Positions 18,547 to 28,558 of a stretch of 64,000 bases of DNA are shown here, piece after piece. The translations under genes and the position numbers were made by a program. How positions within the stretch are numbered: the stretch's first letter is position 1; every line of letters begins with the position of its first letter. The DNA comes from Candidatus Nomurabacteria bacterium. Its GTDB lineage: Bacteria > Patescibacteriota > Minisyncoccia > Phycocordibacterales > SBAW01. The notes under the pieces were generated by a model. It was not told the origin of the DNA and did not search any database. It saw nothing but the letters and a program-made list of their open reading frames with translations. The stretch lies in contig CALQYT010000005.1 in assembly GCA_943348815.1 (NCBI GenBank), forward strand, positions 5,167-69,166. Reading direction: 5' to 3'.

Positions 18547-19824
18547 CTACGCTATTTCCCGTTTGATGTTAAGGCCGACCTTGGCGAGACGCTCTTCTAT
18601 GGCTTCGTAGCCGCGGTCAATATGGTACACATGGTCGATCTGCGAAGTGCCATCAGCAACCGCCGCTGCCATCAAAAACGCCAACCCTGCGCGGATGTCT
18701 GGGCTTTGCAAATTGCGCGCATGCAGGGGTGTGGGGCCTTTTATTGAGATCTGTTGCGGATTCCATAGCGTAATATCCGCACCCATTTGTATAAGGTCTT
18801 GTGTGTAATTGAGGCGGCCGCCCCAGATCGTTTCGAACATCGTACTCTCACCTTCGGCCTGCGTTAGATACACCACCATCGGCGGCTGCAGGTCGGTGGC
18901 AAAGCCCGGATATTCGTGTGTGCGAATTTGGAGCGGTTTGAGCGGCGTCTTACCACGAACAGTAATACTCGACGCCGTTGTCGTAATTTCAACACCCGAG
19001 TCTCGCAAAAGTTCTATCAACATTTCGCAATGCGTTGGATTGCAGTCAGTGATCGTAAGTTCGGATGCGGCCAGGGCGCCGAGTAATACAAACGTTCCCG
19101 CTTCTATCCTATCGGGCATGGTTTGGAGTGTGGCGCCCTCCGAGCGCAAGAGTGCCCCGCCTACGACGGTGATAGTTGGTGTGCCAGCACCGGTTATTTT
19201 GGCCCCACAGCGATTGAGAAACTCTGCCAATTCGACAATCTCAGGCTCCATCGCCACGTTTTTTAATACCGTAGTCCCCTGCGCCAATACTGCCGCCATC
19301 ATGATGGTTTCAGTGGCCGTCACACTTACAAAACGAAAAAATATTTCGGCGCCCTTCAAGCCTTTGGGGGCCGATACCGAGTAGCGCTCTTGCGAGAAGC
19401 CAACCTCGGCGCCCAATTTTTGAAACCCTTCAATAAACATATCAATCGGCCGTGGGCCGATAACATCGCCGCCGGGGTGCGGAAAAGAAACTTTGCCAAA
19501 CCGCGCGAGTACGGGGCCACTTAGGACTATCGAGGCACGCAGCGTGCGCGCCAAACGCTCGTCGATATCGGTCGAGCTCGCCGAGCGCGGATCGATGGTA
19601 CAGCTACCGGATGCGTGCTCGACACGCGCGCCCAAGCCCACCAACAGCTCGCTCATGCGCGCGACATCCTCGATCTGCGGCACGTTGGTAAGCGCAACAG
19701 GGCCGTCAAACAACAGCGCCGCGGCCATCGATTTGAGCACGGCGTTTTTAGCACCACGCACCGGTATCGTGCCCTGCAGGGTGCGTGCGCCCGCTAAGCC
19801 CTCTATCAAAAATTTGCTACTCAT
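18547..19824 (-). CDS. murA: UDP-N-acetylglucosamine 1-carboxyvinyltransferase
   Basis: GAKNA, LRASI, PGGDVIGPRPID (Asp at the Cys115 position), PDRIEAGT, HIDRGYE. Confidence 0.96.
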   Translation of the reverse strand: MSSKFLIEGLAGARTLQGTIPVRGAKNAVLKSMAAALLFDGPVALTNVPQIEDVARMSELLVGLGARVEHASGSCTIDPRSASSTDIDERLARTLRASIVLSGPVLARFGKVSFPHPGGDVIGPRPIDMFIEGFQKLGAEVGFSQERYSVSAPKGLKGAEIFFRFVSVTATETIMMAAVLAQGTTVLKNVAMEPEIVELAEFLNRCGAKITGAGTPTITVVGGALLRSEGATLQTMPDRIEAGTFVLLGALAASELTITDCNPTHCEMLIELLRDSGVEITTTASSITVRGKTPLKPLQIRTHEYPGFATDLQPPMVVYLTQAEGESTMFETIWGGRLNYTQDLIQMGADITLWNPQQISIKGPTPLHARNLQSPDIRAGLAFLMAAAVADGTSQIDHVYHIDRGYEAIEERLAKVGLNIKREIA

Positions 19825-20125
19825 CTTTTTTTTCGTGCTTCCCCTCCCCTTCGGTCGGGACAGGCTTTGGTTTAATTTCCCACCAAAATTTTTTGGAAAA
19901 ATCTTTTGCATCATCGCATATGCGGCGCAAATAATATAGGTCTTTGGTGGGGATAGCGACCAACAAGCGCCCCATACGCGGCATCGTAAGCGGCGGTAAC
20001 TTGGCGTGCTTGCGCGATTCGTTGAGTCGGTCCATAAAATATTTCATCATCTCGCCGCGCTCGGTGACCTTATCGCGCTTGGAGCGCTTGGAAGGCTCGG
20101 ACATGTGTTGGCCAATATGCTGCAT
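19817..20125 (-). CDS. Hypothetical protein (102 aa)
   Basis: TATAAT-6 nt-ATG; MQHIGQHM..KDLYYLRRICDDAKDFSKKFWW; overlaps the murA start. Confidence 0.7.
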   Translation of the reverse strand: MQHIGQHMSEPSKRSKRDKVTERGEMMKYFMDRLNESRKHAKLPPLTMPRMGRLLVAIPTKDLYYLRRICDDAKDFSKKFWWEIKPKPVPTEGEGKHEKKDE

Positions 20126-20159
20126 AGACGAATTATACACTTTGGCGCATAGTACTAGG

Positions 20160-20735
20160 ATGAAAGACAGGGTGACACAGGTGGGCGACCCGGTCCTGCG
20201 CACGACGGCTGTACCCGTGCCTAAAAAAGATATTGGCGGCCGCAAACTGGCAGCGCTGATTAAACATATGAGCGATACTCTCAAACACGAGGGTTTTGGC
20301 GTGGCCATTGCTGCCCCGCAAGTTGGCGAGTCGCTGCGGCTTTTTGTCGTGGCCGGCAGCGTGTTTGAAAAGGATGGCGATGACGATGAAAAACCGATTG
20401 ATACGGGCAAGAAAAAAAGCATCGGGCCCGACCGCGTCTTCATCAACCCCGAAATTACCCGCCGCTCGCGGAATAAAAAAGAAATGTCTGAAGGCTGTTT
20501 GAGCGTCCGCGGCAAATACGGCACGGTTATGCGGCATGAAAAGGTGACGCTCAAAGCACTGACCGAAAAGGGCGAGCCGGTCACCTACAACGGTACAGGA
20601 CTCTTAGGGCACATCTTCCAGCACGAATGCGACCACCTGGACGGCATACTCTATATAGACAAGACCGTGCGGCTTGAGGAGGACGAAGACATGAAGGGGG
20701 CGCGGCAAAAACTAAAAGACAAACACGGCATCTAA
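20160..20735 (+). CDS. def: Peptide deformylase
   Basis: GVAIAAPQVG, EGCLS, QHECDHLDG. Confidence 0.97.
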   Translation: MKDRVTQVGDPVLRTTAVPVPKKDIGGRKLAALIKHMSDTLKHEGFGVAIAAPQVGESLRLFVVAGSVFEKDGDDDEKPIDTGKKKSIGPDRVFINPEITRRSRNKKEMSEGCLSVRGKYGTVMRHEKVTLKALTEKGEPVTYNGTGLLGHIFQHECDHLDGILYIDKTVRLEEDEDMKGARQKLKDKHGI

Positions 20736-20737
20736 CC

Positions 20738-21490
20738 ATGAAAAATCCTTTGTTTGCTTTTTTTGGCACGTCAGTAGACTCGACCTACGCTTTGCGCGCA
20801 CTTGAAACCCACGGACTCTCCCCCGCCCTCGTAGTGGACACCAAAGACATTCCGATGGAGCTCTACAACACCGAGTGGGATTTCTTTTTGGTTGCCTCCT
20901 ACGGAAAAATTTTAAAAAAAGAAGTACTCGACTTGCCTCGTCACGGCTGCATCAACATCCACCCGTCGCTTTTGCCCAAGTTTCGCGGCCCCTCGCCGTA
21001 TGTATCGGCTATTTTGGCAGACGAGCGCGAGACAGGCGTAACGATTATGCAAATGGCCGAAAAGATGGACGCCGGACCTATCCTTGCCCAAGCCCGCATC
21101 GAGATAGCCGCGGAAGACTGGCCTCCCAAAGGACTGCTTCTTTCTGAGATGTTGTTTACCGAAGGGGTTAATTTATTGGTAGAAGTCTTGCCCGAATACT
21201 TGGACGGTACGCTTAAACTGGAGACTCAAGACGAGAACAAAGCGACCTATACGAAAAAATTTACGGATGAAGACGCTTTGATTGATTTAGATGGCGACCC
21301 ACGTCAGCAATTTTTAAAAATCCGTGCGTTCGACAAAAATCCGCGGGCGCATTTTATACAGGGTACCAAGAGGGTTATCATCACCGACGCGCACCTTATT
21401 GATAGTAAACTCGAGCTCTTGACCGTCATCCCCGAAGGCAAAAAAGAGATGCCCTATAACGATTATCTCCGAGGCGTGCGCAAAAACTAG
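20738..21490 (+). CDS. fmt: Methionyl-tRNA formyltransferase
   Basis: INIHPSLLPKFRGPSP, MDAGPI; follows def. Confidence 0.95.
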   Translation: MKNPLFAFFGTSVDSTYALRALETHGLSPALVVDTKDIPMELYNTEWDFFLVASYGKILKKEVLDLPRHGCINIHPSLLPKFRGPSPYVSAILADERETGVTIMQMAEKMDAGPILAQARIEIAAEDWPPKGLLLSEMLFTEGVNLLVEVLPEYLDGTLKLETQDENKATYTKKFTDEDALIDLDGDPRQQFLKIRAFDKNPRAHFIQGTKRVIITDAHLIDSKLELLTVIPEGKKEMPYNDYLRGVRKN

Positions 21491-21594
21491 GAAGCCTTCA
21501 TACGATCTTAAGGGTGAATAGTTAATGCTGAGCAATAGAAGCTCGGCTGTAATGCCCTGCTTCGCACAGCTTTACTCAACTATTTTATAACCCT

Positions 21595-22287
21595 ATGAAA
21601 GTACAAAAAATAATAGCGGGTGCCGCAGCGGCAACCGCACTTATGTTCGGCACGGCAGTATTTGCACAGAGCGCTCCCACCGTGGGTGTCACGGGCTCCT
21701 TCCCCTCAAGTGTGCAAGCGGGCACGCAGGATACGGCCGTGGCGTTTATTACGCTCACTGCATCAGGTGCACCAACCTCGACAGTAAGTGTCACTTCGCT
21801 CCCCATCGTGTTTGCAAACACGGGGGTCGTGTCGGACTGCCGGTTGCATAGCAACGGGGCAGAGCTCGGCGGTGGACTTAACACGGGCAGCAATGTGTTG
21901 CTTACCCCGGGCGTGGTTAACCAAATCATGCTCGACGCACCGCTCCAGCTAACGACTGGCGCTCCGACGACGCAGCTTACGTTGCGCTGCGACATCTCAG
22001 CTGCTACACCGGTAGGCTACGTGCTTGGCATTGCGTTTGCGCCGGGTAATATCGTCGCTCAAACCGGCACCAGCACTGCAATAATTCCTTTCGGCCTTGG
22101 TATCCCGAGCGGAGCACCGTTTGCGGGTGAGTTTACGATCCTGGGCGGCACGGGCACTCCGACTCCTACACCGGGTACTCCAAACACCGGTGCTGGTGGC
22201 AACGCAGCCATGATCCTTACCTTGCTCACCCTTGCGGGTGTGGTAGCAATCGGCGGCATGGTGCGCTTGGTCGCTCGACGCGCTTAA
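21595..22287 (+). CDS. Secreted surface protein with sortase-type C-terminus
   Basis: Signal peptide, PT linker, TPNTG, TM helix, RRA tail. Confidence 0.8.
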   Translation: MKVQKIIAGAAAATALMFGTAVFAQSAPTVGVTGSFPSSVQAGTQDTAVAFITLTASGAPTSTVSVTSLPIVFANTGVVSDCRLHSNGAELGGGLNTGSNVLLTPGVVNQIMLDAPLQLTTGAPTTQLTLRCDISAATPVGYVLGIAFAPGNIVAQTGTSTAIIPFGLGIPSGAPFAGEFTILGGTGTPTPTPGTPNTGAGGNAAMILTLLTLAGVVAIGGMVRLVARRA

Positions 22288-22300
22288 GGTCTTGGTCTAC

Positions 22301-22335
22301 ACAAAACCCCCGGCCGTTATGGCCGGGGGTTTTGT
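22301..22335. terminator. Bidirectional intrinsic terminator
   Basis: acaaaacccccggcc-gttat-ggccgggggttttgt between convergent genes. Confidence 0.85.
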
Positions 22336-22345
22336 CTATGACTAA

Positions 22346-22705
22346 TTAGAGACTCCGCCGCCAACCGCGAATATAGTCTTTAACTCTCGCGGCGCTGCGG
22401 CGGAAGATGTGTAAACGCTTTTTCTTGTTGCGGCTTAGCTCGCCAAACACTGCATTGTTTGCCACATCTATGGCTGCGTGCATGCTTTCGCCCCACGCAC
22501 TGGCGCGGTACACCGAGCCGGCAGACTCAACCGTTAGTTCGGCACGATAATGTTCGCCATGCCGCATTTCTTGATACTCCAACTCCACGTCAACATGTGA
22601 CGGGTCTTGCAAAAACTTTTCGATCCCCTCCAATTTGCGGTCGAGGTATGAGCGGAGCTCAGGAGTAATCGAGAGTCCGGTACCTTTAAGATTGTAGTTG
22701 AGCAT
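22346..22705 (-). CDS. hpf: Ribosome hibernation factor (HPF/RaiA)
   Basis: NLKGTGLSITPELRSY..ESMHAAID. Confidence 0.88.
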   Translation of the reverse strand: MLNYNLKGTGLSITPELRSYLDRKLEGIEKFLQDPSHVDVELEYQEMRHGEHYRAELTVESAGSVYRASAWGESMHAAIDVANNAVFGELSRNKKKRLHIFRRSAARVKDYIRGWRRSL

Positions 22706-22731
22706 GAACTCATTGTACCTGAAGTCCTGCT

Positions 22732-22965
22732 CTATTCCATCTCCGTTTCTTCGTTTTTAATTTCTTCGACTTCGCTCATTTCGGACACTTCGTCCTCGTG
22801 CCTTTTATGAGTCGCTTGGCCGCCTTTGCGGCCGGCCTCGGCGGCCTCTTGCGAGTCAAACTCGTGCGCCGTACCTTTGAGGTGGGCAGCCTTACCGCCC
22901 TTGCTTGCTATCTCGCGTTGCTTAGCCGCGTCCATTGCGGCAAAGCCGCGGGGATTGTTAGCCAT
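22732..22965 (-). CDS. KGG-repeat general stress protein
   Basis: RGFAAMDAAKQREIASKGG..EAGRKGG. Confidence 0.92.
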   Translation of the reverse strand: MANNPRGFAAMDAAKQREIASKGGKAAHLKGTAHEFDSQEAAEAGRKGGQATHKRHEDEVSEMSEVEEIKNEETEME

Positions 22966-23073
22966 ATCGTGTTAAGGGATTAGGGGTCTCTAATCAATCG
23001 ACACCTCATCCTACCCGCCCCTGCATTAAAGCTGGATTAAGACGCTTTTCTCATTAAAAAACGCAGCCATATT

Positions 23074-23754
23074 TCAGGCTGCGGTATTACAAGGATGCGG
23101 ACGGAAGCCGGGACGAACATCTGCGTCGACCCATTCAAGCTGCTCCTTGTCCGTCATGACCAGCGGAGCCAACAAGGGCTCTGCACAGAAGATCGAGCGG
23201 AAGAAGCAGGTCGAAGTGCCCGTGTGGCACGCCAGACCCTTGCCGAGCACATCAACGCGGCAAAGAATGACGTCGCCTAGCATGCTTACGCGGTAGAGCT
23301 GCAACTGCAAGAAGTTGCCGCTCTCCTTACCCTTGGTCCACAACTCCTTGCGCGAGCGGGACCAAAAGGTGACGTGTTTGGTATCGAGGGTCCGCTGCCA
23401 CGCCACCGCATTGGCATAAGCGACCATGCGGACGTCACCCTTGGTGTCCTGCACAACCACCATGACAAGGTTATTGGGATCCTGACTGAAAACGGGATCC
23501 CTTTTGGACCACCATTCGCGCGCTCGAGACGACTCGACAAGCATCAACACCGCATCACCGTCGCAGTCGACACGAACGTCGAGCATCTTGGACACGGACC
23601 CCGCTTCGACCGTGACCAGACCATGACGCAACACCGACCTAAATTCGAATTCGGTAATGTTGCCGGCCCAGATCACGTCCCTGGTGTGGGCATCTTGGAC
23701 AACGGCGGCAACCATGCGGTTTAAGCCGGAGAATTTCGGTTTCAAGATCTTCAA
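23074..23754 (-). CDS. hisI: Tandem-domain phosphoribosyl-AMP cyclohydrolase-like protein
   Basis: Two VVQD-initiated repeats; DCDGD in the first, WSRSRKELWTKGKESGN and ACHTGTSTCFF in the second; AAGGAGG SD. Confidence 0.8.
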   Translation of the reverse strand: MKILKPKFSGLNRMVAAVVQDAHTRDVIWAGNITEFEFRSVLRHGLVTVEAGSVSKMLDVRVDCDGDAVLMLVESSRAREWWSKRDPVFSQDPNNLVMVVVQDTKGDVRMVAYANAVAWQRTLDTKHVTFWSRSRKELWTKGKESGNFLQLQLYRVSMLGDVILCRVDVLGKGLACHTGTSTCFFRSIFCAEPLLAPLVMTDKEQLEWVDADVRPGFRPHPCNTAA

Positions 23755-23820
23755 GTTTCCTCCTTGCCGGGGCTACCGGTCTGCCAGACAAGCTGTCGAT
23801 GATACTACCTAATTATTCGT

Positions 23821-24204
23821 TTATTTGCTAGGAGCCTTTTCGCCAAAATAACAAGCCTCTATATTATTGCCGTCCAGGTCGAGCACAAACGCCGCGTAGT
23901 AGTCGGGCCCATAGTCGGTGCGGAAGCCCGGCGCCCCGTTGTCTTTGCCACCGGCAGCGATACCCTCTTTGTGAAATTTTTGCACTGCCTCTTTGCTTTT
24001 GGCACCCACCGCCACATGCATCGGCTGCACTTTGTCGGGCTTTTGTACGATCCAAAAACTGGTCGACTCCCCTTCGCAAAACCCACCCGCATTCCACTCG
24101 GCATAGTCGCGCTGCAGCACATACCCTACCGGTTTAAGCAGGCGCGTATAAAACTCCTTGGACTTCTTATAATCGCTCACCGGCACCGAGACATGTTCGA
24201 TCAT
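23821..24204 (-). CDS. VOC/glyoxalase family protein
   Basis: HVSVPVSD..GGKDNGAPG..YYAAFVLDLDGNNIEA. Confidence 0.92.
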   Translation of the reverse strand: MIEHVSVPVSDYKKSKEFYTRLLKPVGYVLQRDYAEWNAGGFCEGESTSFWIVQKPDKVQPMHVAVGAKSKEAVQKFHKEGIAAGGKDNGAPGFRTDYGPDYYAAFVLDLDGNNIEACYFGEKAPSK

Positions 24205-24242
24205 GAGGTCAGTCTAACTCACTATTCTGGAGAGAGGATGAA

Positions 24243-25466
24243 TTATTTACCCAGGTTTAGTTGTGCTCGAGTGCCTGGGCCCACATAGCCAACCGCCTCT
24301 AATCCGTGGGCTTTTTGATATGCCTGCACTGCTTTGGAAGTTACCTGCCCAAAGTAACCCGTTGCGTCGCCTGAGAAATAGTTAAGATCTTTCAGCAGTT
24401 TTTGTAATGCGGTGACGTCGGCACCCGAACTACCTACGCCCAGATATTTTTTAAACACATACAGAATTTTTGTAGCAGAGGTCGACCCTGTTGATGTTTG
24501 GGTAGTCTGTGCAGAGGTAGACGTTTGAGTAGAAGTGTCAGAGGAAGTAGCAGTAGTTGGCGGTTGATACGGCACGGTGATAGTAATGCTGGCATTCAGT
24601 TTTTGACCGCGCGTATCACTCACCGCAATAGTGAGTGGGTGCGCGCCAATATCTTTGTACTGCGGCGTAAAGCTCGCGCGGCCCGCCGAATCTATCATGA
24701 CTGAAGAACTGCTCATCCAAAAAGCATCCCGCAAAGCAAAAGTTGGATTAACAAAACCGGTTGTCGATGCCACAAAGGTCATCTTTTCGCCCACCCGCAC
24801 CGTAGTGCCCGGTAGCAAGTTAAGAAGGGTGAGCGAGGGCACGGGCAGCACCGTAAATTTCTGCGTAACCGTCGTGCTAAAGCCCGCACTGTCTTGTGCC
24901 GTGATAGTGAGCGTGTGCACCCCAATATCTTGCGGGAGCGGTGTCCAGTTAAGGAGCCCGCCCGCAGAGACAGAACTACTACGGATCGACGAACCGGGAA
25001 AAGAATCACTAATGCCGTACGTTGGGTTACTAAGGCCGGTCGTGGTGACGGTAAAAGTAACCGGGTACCCAATGGTCACGGTATCCGACGCAAGATTAGC
25101 AACACCTCCCGTTGGACCCGCAGTAACGGCGACCGTCACACTAAGCGTTGCGGTGTTACCAAGTGCATCGGCAAGACTGATGGCAAAGGTATGCGTGCCG
25201 ACATCGTCTTTGTTGGGGTACCAAACAAAGTTGCCCGAGCTATCGATGTTGCCAGTGGTCGCTCCTCCGGAGAATGAGTCGACCAACGTGTAGCTCGGGT
25301 GGCTAAAACCGCTCGGCAGGACAATAAAAGAGACGCGGGTGCCCGCAGTAACGGTGGTGCCAGGATACGGCGTAGTTGCGGTGGCCGATGCCGCAGCCGA
25401 CGCCAACACCGGAACACAGAGTAAAGAAATTCCAATTACTAGTCGTACAAAAAATTTAAAATGCAT
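24243..25466 (-). CDS. Secreted protein with three Ig/cadherin-like repeats and a C-terminal peptidoglycan-binding domain
   Basis: Repeats W/F-x-P-xx-D-(V/I)G-x-H; GSSGADVTALQ..TGYFG..GYVGPGTRAQLN. Confidence 0.85.
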   Translation of the reverse strand: MHFKFFVRLVIGISLLCVPVLASAAASATATTPYPGTTVTAGTRVSFIVLPSGFSHPSYTLVDSFSGGATTGNIDSSGNFVWYPNKDDVGTHTFAISLADALGNTATLSVTVAVTAGPTGGVANLASDTVTIGYPVTFTVTTTGLSNPTYGISDSFPGSSIRSSSVSAGGLLNWTPLPQDIGVHTLTITAQDSAGFSTTVTQKFTVLPVPSLTLLNLLPGTTVRVGEKMTFVASTTGFVNPTFALRDAFWMSSSSVMIDSAGRASFTPQYKDIGAHPLTIAVSDTRGQKLNASITITVPYQPPTTATSSDTSTQTSTSAQTTQTSTGSTSATKILYVFKKYLGVGSSGADVTALQKLLKDLNYFSGDATGYFGQVTSKAVQAYQKAHGLEAVGYVGPGTRAQLNLGK

Positions 25467-25512
25467 GTCGTAATTATAGTGCATTAAAAACCGCCCCAGT
25501 TGTTGGGGGCGG

Positions 25513-26022
25513 CTATTCTCCTGGTTCTTTGTGGTATTCCCTGCGTCCTGGCCGCTGATCGCCAAAACTTTGTACCGGCGCAACGTGGCGCATTTGTTGC
25601 GGCGGCTGAAGAGGGATCGGCGAATCTGGGTCGAAGCGGGGGTTGAACATTCGCACAACCACCCTCCCCTCTACCAAGACCTTAGCCGGCAGTAACTGGC
25701 CAGCTTTGTAGTTAGTAGTTGGCGGATCATTATTTGCGAGCGCCAGGTGGTGGCCCATATACAAAACGCAATTGGGCTCTCTATCCTTATCTACTGGCCA
25801 GTAATGCACAACGGCAGCAGCCCAAGGGAAGGCTGGGTCGTCAGTCTTTACCTCCACGTGCGCTACCGCTTTGGCAATATCACTTTTCTTACGCTTGCTG
25901 AAGGGTAGCCCATGGAAACACTCAACGGTACCCGGGGGCCCGGGATACTCCCGCCAACCGTAACTTCCGTCGTCGGAAAGTTTTGTACTGAGTGGCTTAT
26001 CTACCGTGACAAATAATTTCAT
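25513..26022 (-). CDS. Orphan hypothetical protein
   Basis: 169-aa ORF, GAGGGGAG SD, hairpin plus TTTTTAAT downstream. Confidence 0.55.
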   Translation of the reverse strand: MKLFVTVDKPLSTKLSDDGSYGWREYPGPPGTVECFHGLPFSKRKKSDIAKAVAHVEVKTDDPAFPWAAAVVHYWPVDKDREPNCVLYMGHHLALANNDPPTTNYKAGQLLPAKVLVEGRVVVRMFNPRFDPDSPIPLQPPQQMRHVAPVQSFGDQRPGRREYHKEPGE

Positions 26023-26081
26023 GGCTCCCCTCGCCAAGTTTGCTGCAGGGACGCGACTTACTACCGGCAGTTTAGCATTTA

Positions 26082-27158
26082 TTAGATTTCCACAAACTTT
26101 CCATCTTTGTACTGATGGATCACCACCTCTGGCAGACGAGTACCGACCGCATTGAATTTTACTTCCCCCGATGCACCGCTAAACTTGAAATTATTTTTTA
26201 ACGCAGATAGCCAATCATTTTTATTTTTCTGCGCTAGCATGGCGAGTATAGACACCGCATCGTAGGCATAATCTGCAGTTAACACCGGCTCTGCTTTGTA
26301 GGTAGATTTATACGTCGATACAAATTCACTCGTTTTGGTATCCGGCAAAGTAGAAGAAATACATCCTTCGAATATATCCTTTCCTACTTTAGCGGTGTAC
26401 TCGCCGATCGAGAATTCGAGATTGCCGTCACAAATGATGGCGACGGTATGTTTAGGGTCATACAGTTTCAGATCTTGGAGATATTTAATCCCTTCCTCCA
26501 GCGGCAAGAACACGGTAGTGGCATCCGGTTTAAAAGCCAAGATCTTTTGTGTCTCTGTGCGGAAGTCCGACCCGGGCGGCAACGCAAATGTCTCGACCAT
26601 GTCGTTTTTATCGACTCCCTTCAAAAAATCATCTTTCCATTGCTGCCACAAGCTACCGCTTTGGCTGTACACGATCGCGATCCGATTAAACCGCTTACTC
26701 GCTTCTTCGCCCAGTCGGGGCGCTATCTTGTCGCTCGCGGGCATAAGCTGAAAGACCGTATCATCTTCGTGGTACAAGGACTCCCCGAGCGAAAAGAGTA
26801 ACGTGTGATCTTGCGCCACAATGGGCTTCAGCGCTCCGATGACCGGCGCACTCACGGCAACTACCGCATCTACCTGGTTGATACTTTTTAATTTCTCATA
26901 CGCTAAGACACCAACCTTTGGGTCGTACTTGTCGTCCTCAAAAATAAGCTGGACAGCTTGTCCTTTGGCTTGCAAAGCTTTTTGCGAGAGCAACATCGCA
27001 TTTCTTTCTGACTCACCTAAGAAAGCATACTGTCCCGACAGCGGTGCGATGACTCCGATTTTTATTCCGCCGGACGGAGTTGTTTTTTGGGTAGCTAAAC
27101 CCCACGCTGCAATCCCAACTACTACCGCAAGCCCAAAAACTATGACAACTTTTTTCAT
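26082..27158 (-). CDS. Branched-chain amino-acid-type ABC substrate-binding protein
   Basis: IKIGVIAPLSG, EDDKYDP, YAYDAV, FSGASGEVKF. Confidence 0.88.
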   Translation of the reverse strand: MKKVVIVFGLAVVVGIAAWGLATQKTTPSGGIKIGVIAPLSGQYAFLGESERNAMLLSQKALQAKGQAVQLIFEDDKYDPKVGVLAYEKLKSINQVDAVVAVSAPVIGALKPIVAQDHTLLFSLGESLYHEDDTVFQLMPASDKIAPRLGEEASKRFNRIAIVYSQSGSLWQQWKDDFLKGVDKNDMVETFALPPGSDFRTETQKILAFKPDATTVFLPLEEGIKYLQDLKLYDPKHTVAIICDGNLEFSIGEYTAKVGKDIFEGCISSTLPDTKTSEFVSTYKSTYKAEPVLTADYAYDAVSILAMLAQKNKNDWLSALKNNFKFSGASGEVKFNAVGTRLPEVVIHQYKDGKFVEI

Positions 27159-27270
27159 CTGGCGAGTATACCGTTTGTGTAAAACAAAGAGTATATTTTT
27201 TATACTAAAATCAAAAAAGCATTATTTAACAACATAAAATAAGATTAAATTTGACGAAAATTACGTCATA

Positions 27271-28089
27271 TTGTATATTACCCGGGTGAAAGCTACTACC
27301 CGTCGGGCAAAAATACTCGGATTTTCAGGCCTGGAAACTGCCTTATTTGAGGAACTCTCAGAGAGACCTACCAGTGTCTCTGATCTTGCTCGTCGGCTCA
27401 AAAAACCGCGGACTTCTTTATTTGAGCCCCTAAAGTCTCTACACAAAAGAGGTTTTGTAGAACCCACAAAAATTGGCAAAAGAACTTGGTGGAAAAAAGT
27501 GTCTCAAGAGTCGCTTACTCATTCATTGGGGACCGCGTTGTTAAGTGGGATAATTCCTGGCGACGCGCCCGCGCATCCGGAGTTTTTTCTGCACCAGGGC
27601 AAGCAAGCTCTTTCAAAAATTTATTACCAGCTTGGCGATTGCAAAAAAGAACGAGTGCTTTTTATACAACCCAACGCATCACTCGCAAGCTCGTTAAAAG
27701 CTTTTACCCAAGACGATCTGGTTGAAATAAATACTCGCATAAAAAAGAGCTCCGTAATTATGGAGACCATTCTGCAAGAAAATGTAATACCCCATTGGGC
27801 AGAGGCGATTAAGAAAAAAGGATGGTCAGTGGAAAAGGTACTGCGGGCGGTTGAGGGCCGTGCGGCTGACACCACCTATGTACCAAAAGAGTTTTTAAAC
27901 TTTAACTCCGAAATTATTGTGATGCCCAAAGTTGCGTACATCGTCAACTGGGACCGTCTTGTGGCAATCGAAATACATAATCAAGAAACCTTAGGGTTGT
28001 TAAGAGAAATATTTGCCTTTGCAAAACATTTTGGTCATAAGGTTAACCTTAACGAGTTGGTAGCACGCCAGCACAACAATAAAAATTAA
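27271..28089 (+). CDS. TrmB-like transcriptional regulator (start may be GTG 27286)
   Basis: LGFS..SVSDLARRLKKPRTSL..L..L..RGFV winged HTH plus C-terminal effector domain. Confidence 0.75.
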   Translation: MYITRVKATTRRAKILGFSGLETALFEELSERPTSVSDLARRLKKPRTSLFEPLKSLHKRGFVEPTKIGKRTWWKKVSQESLTHSLGTALLSGIIPGDAPAHPEFFLHQGKQALSKIYYQLGDCKKERVLFIQPNASLASSLKAFTQDDLVEINTRIKKSSVIMETILQENVIPHWAEAIKKKGWSVEKVLRAVEGRAADTTYVPKEFLNFNSEIIVMPKVAYIVNWDRLVAIEIHNQETLGLLREIFAFAKHFGHKVNLNELVARQHNNKN

Positions 28090-28100
28090 AAAGCCGCCAG

Positions 28101-28484
28101 TTATTTTTGTGGCGACTTGGTTTGGGCGAAGCGGATGCAGTAGAAGAGCTTCCCTCGTTGCCGCTCGACACTAAATCCGTTGCGGCCGAGCACCTTTTGG
28201 CTGGCGAGGTTGTCGATGTTAGCGGAGGCCCTTATTGCTGGGACTTCCCATTGCTTGAAGACCCAGTCGCACATAAGCCCGACCGCCTGCGTAGCAAAAC
28301 CGCGCTGTTGGTATAGCCAGTACGTGTCATATCCGAGCACCACATCACCGGTACTACCCAACCCGAATCCGCCTAACCCTACAAGATGGTTGCGGTACAT
28401 GAACTGAAATTGCATTTCACAGATATGCTGGAGCCAAAAGTCAGAGTGGCCGGCCAGCACAAAACCCACCGTTGGGGCATGCAT
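28101..28484 (-). CDS. GNAT (RimJ/RimL-like) acetyltransferase
   Basis: LGY..YQQRGFATQAV..NLASQKVLGRNGF; GGGAG SD. Confidence 0.75.
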   Translation of the reverse strand: MHAPTVGFVLAGHSDFWLQHICEMQFQFMYRNHLVGLGGFGLGSTGDVVLGYDTYWLYQQRGFATQAVGLMCDWVFKQWEVPAIRASANIDNLASQKVLGRNGFSVERQRGKLFYCIRFAQTKSPQK

Positions 28485-28558
28485 GACGGTCACTCCCGTT
28501 GATCCGCACAGAGCGTATCACGATACAAAAATTTTGTCTGCTGCTTTTTTGCCAAACC

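Noticed and set aside
19841-19864. Possible further repeat (cctgtcccgaccgaaggggagggg on the minus strand)
   Set aside because: Single copy in the window with a weak hairpin; cannot be supported as a repeat here
20126-20584. N-terminal extension of ORF 19817-20584
   Set aside because: Antisense to def; a TATAAT-6 nt-ATG start at 20125 fits better
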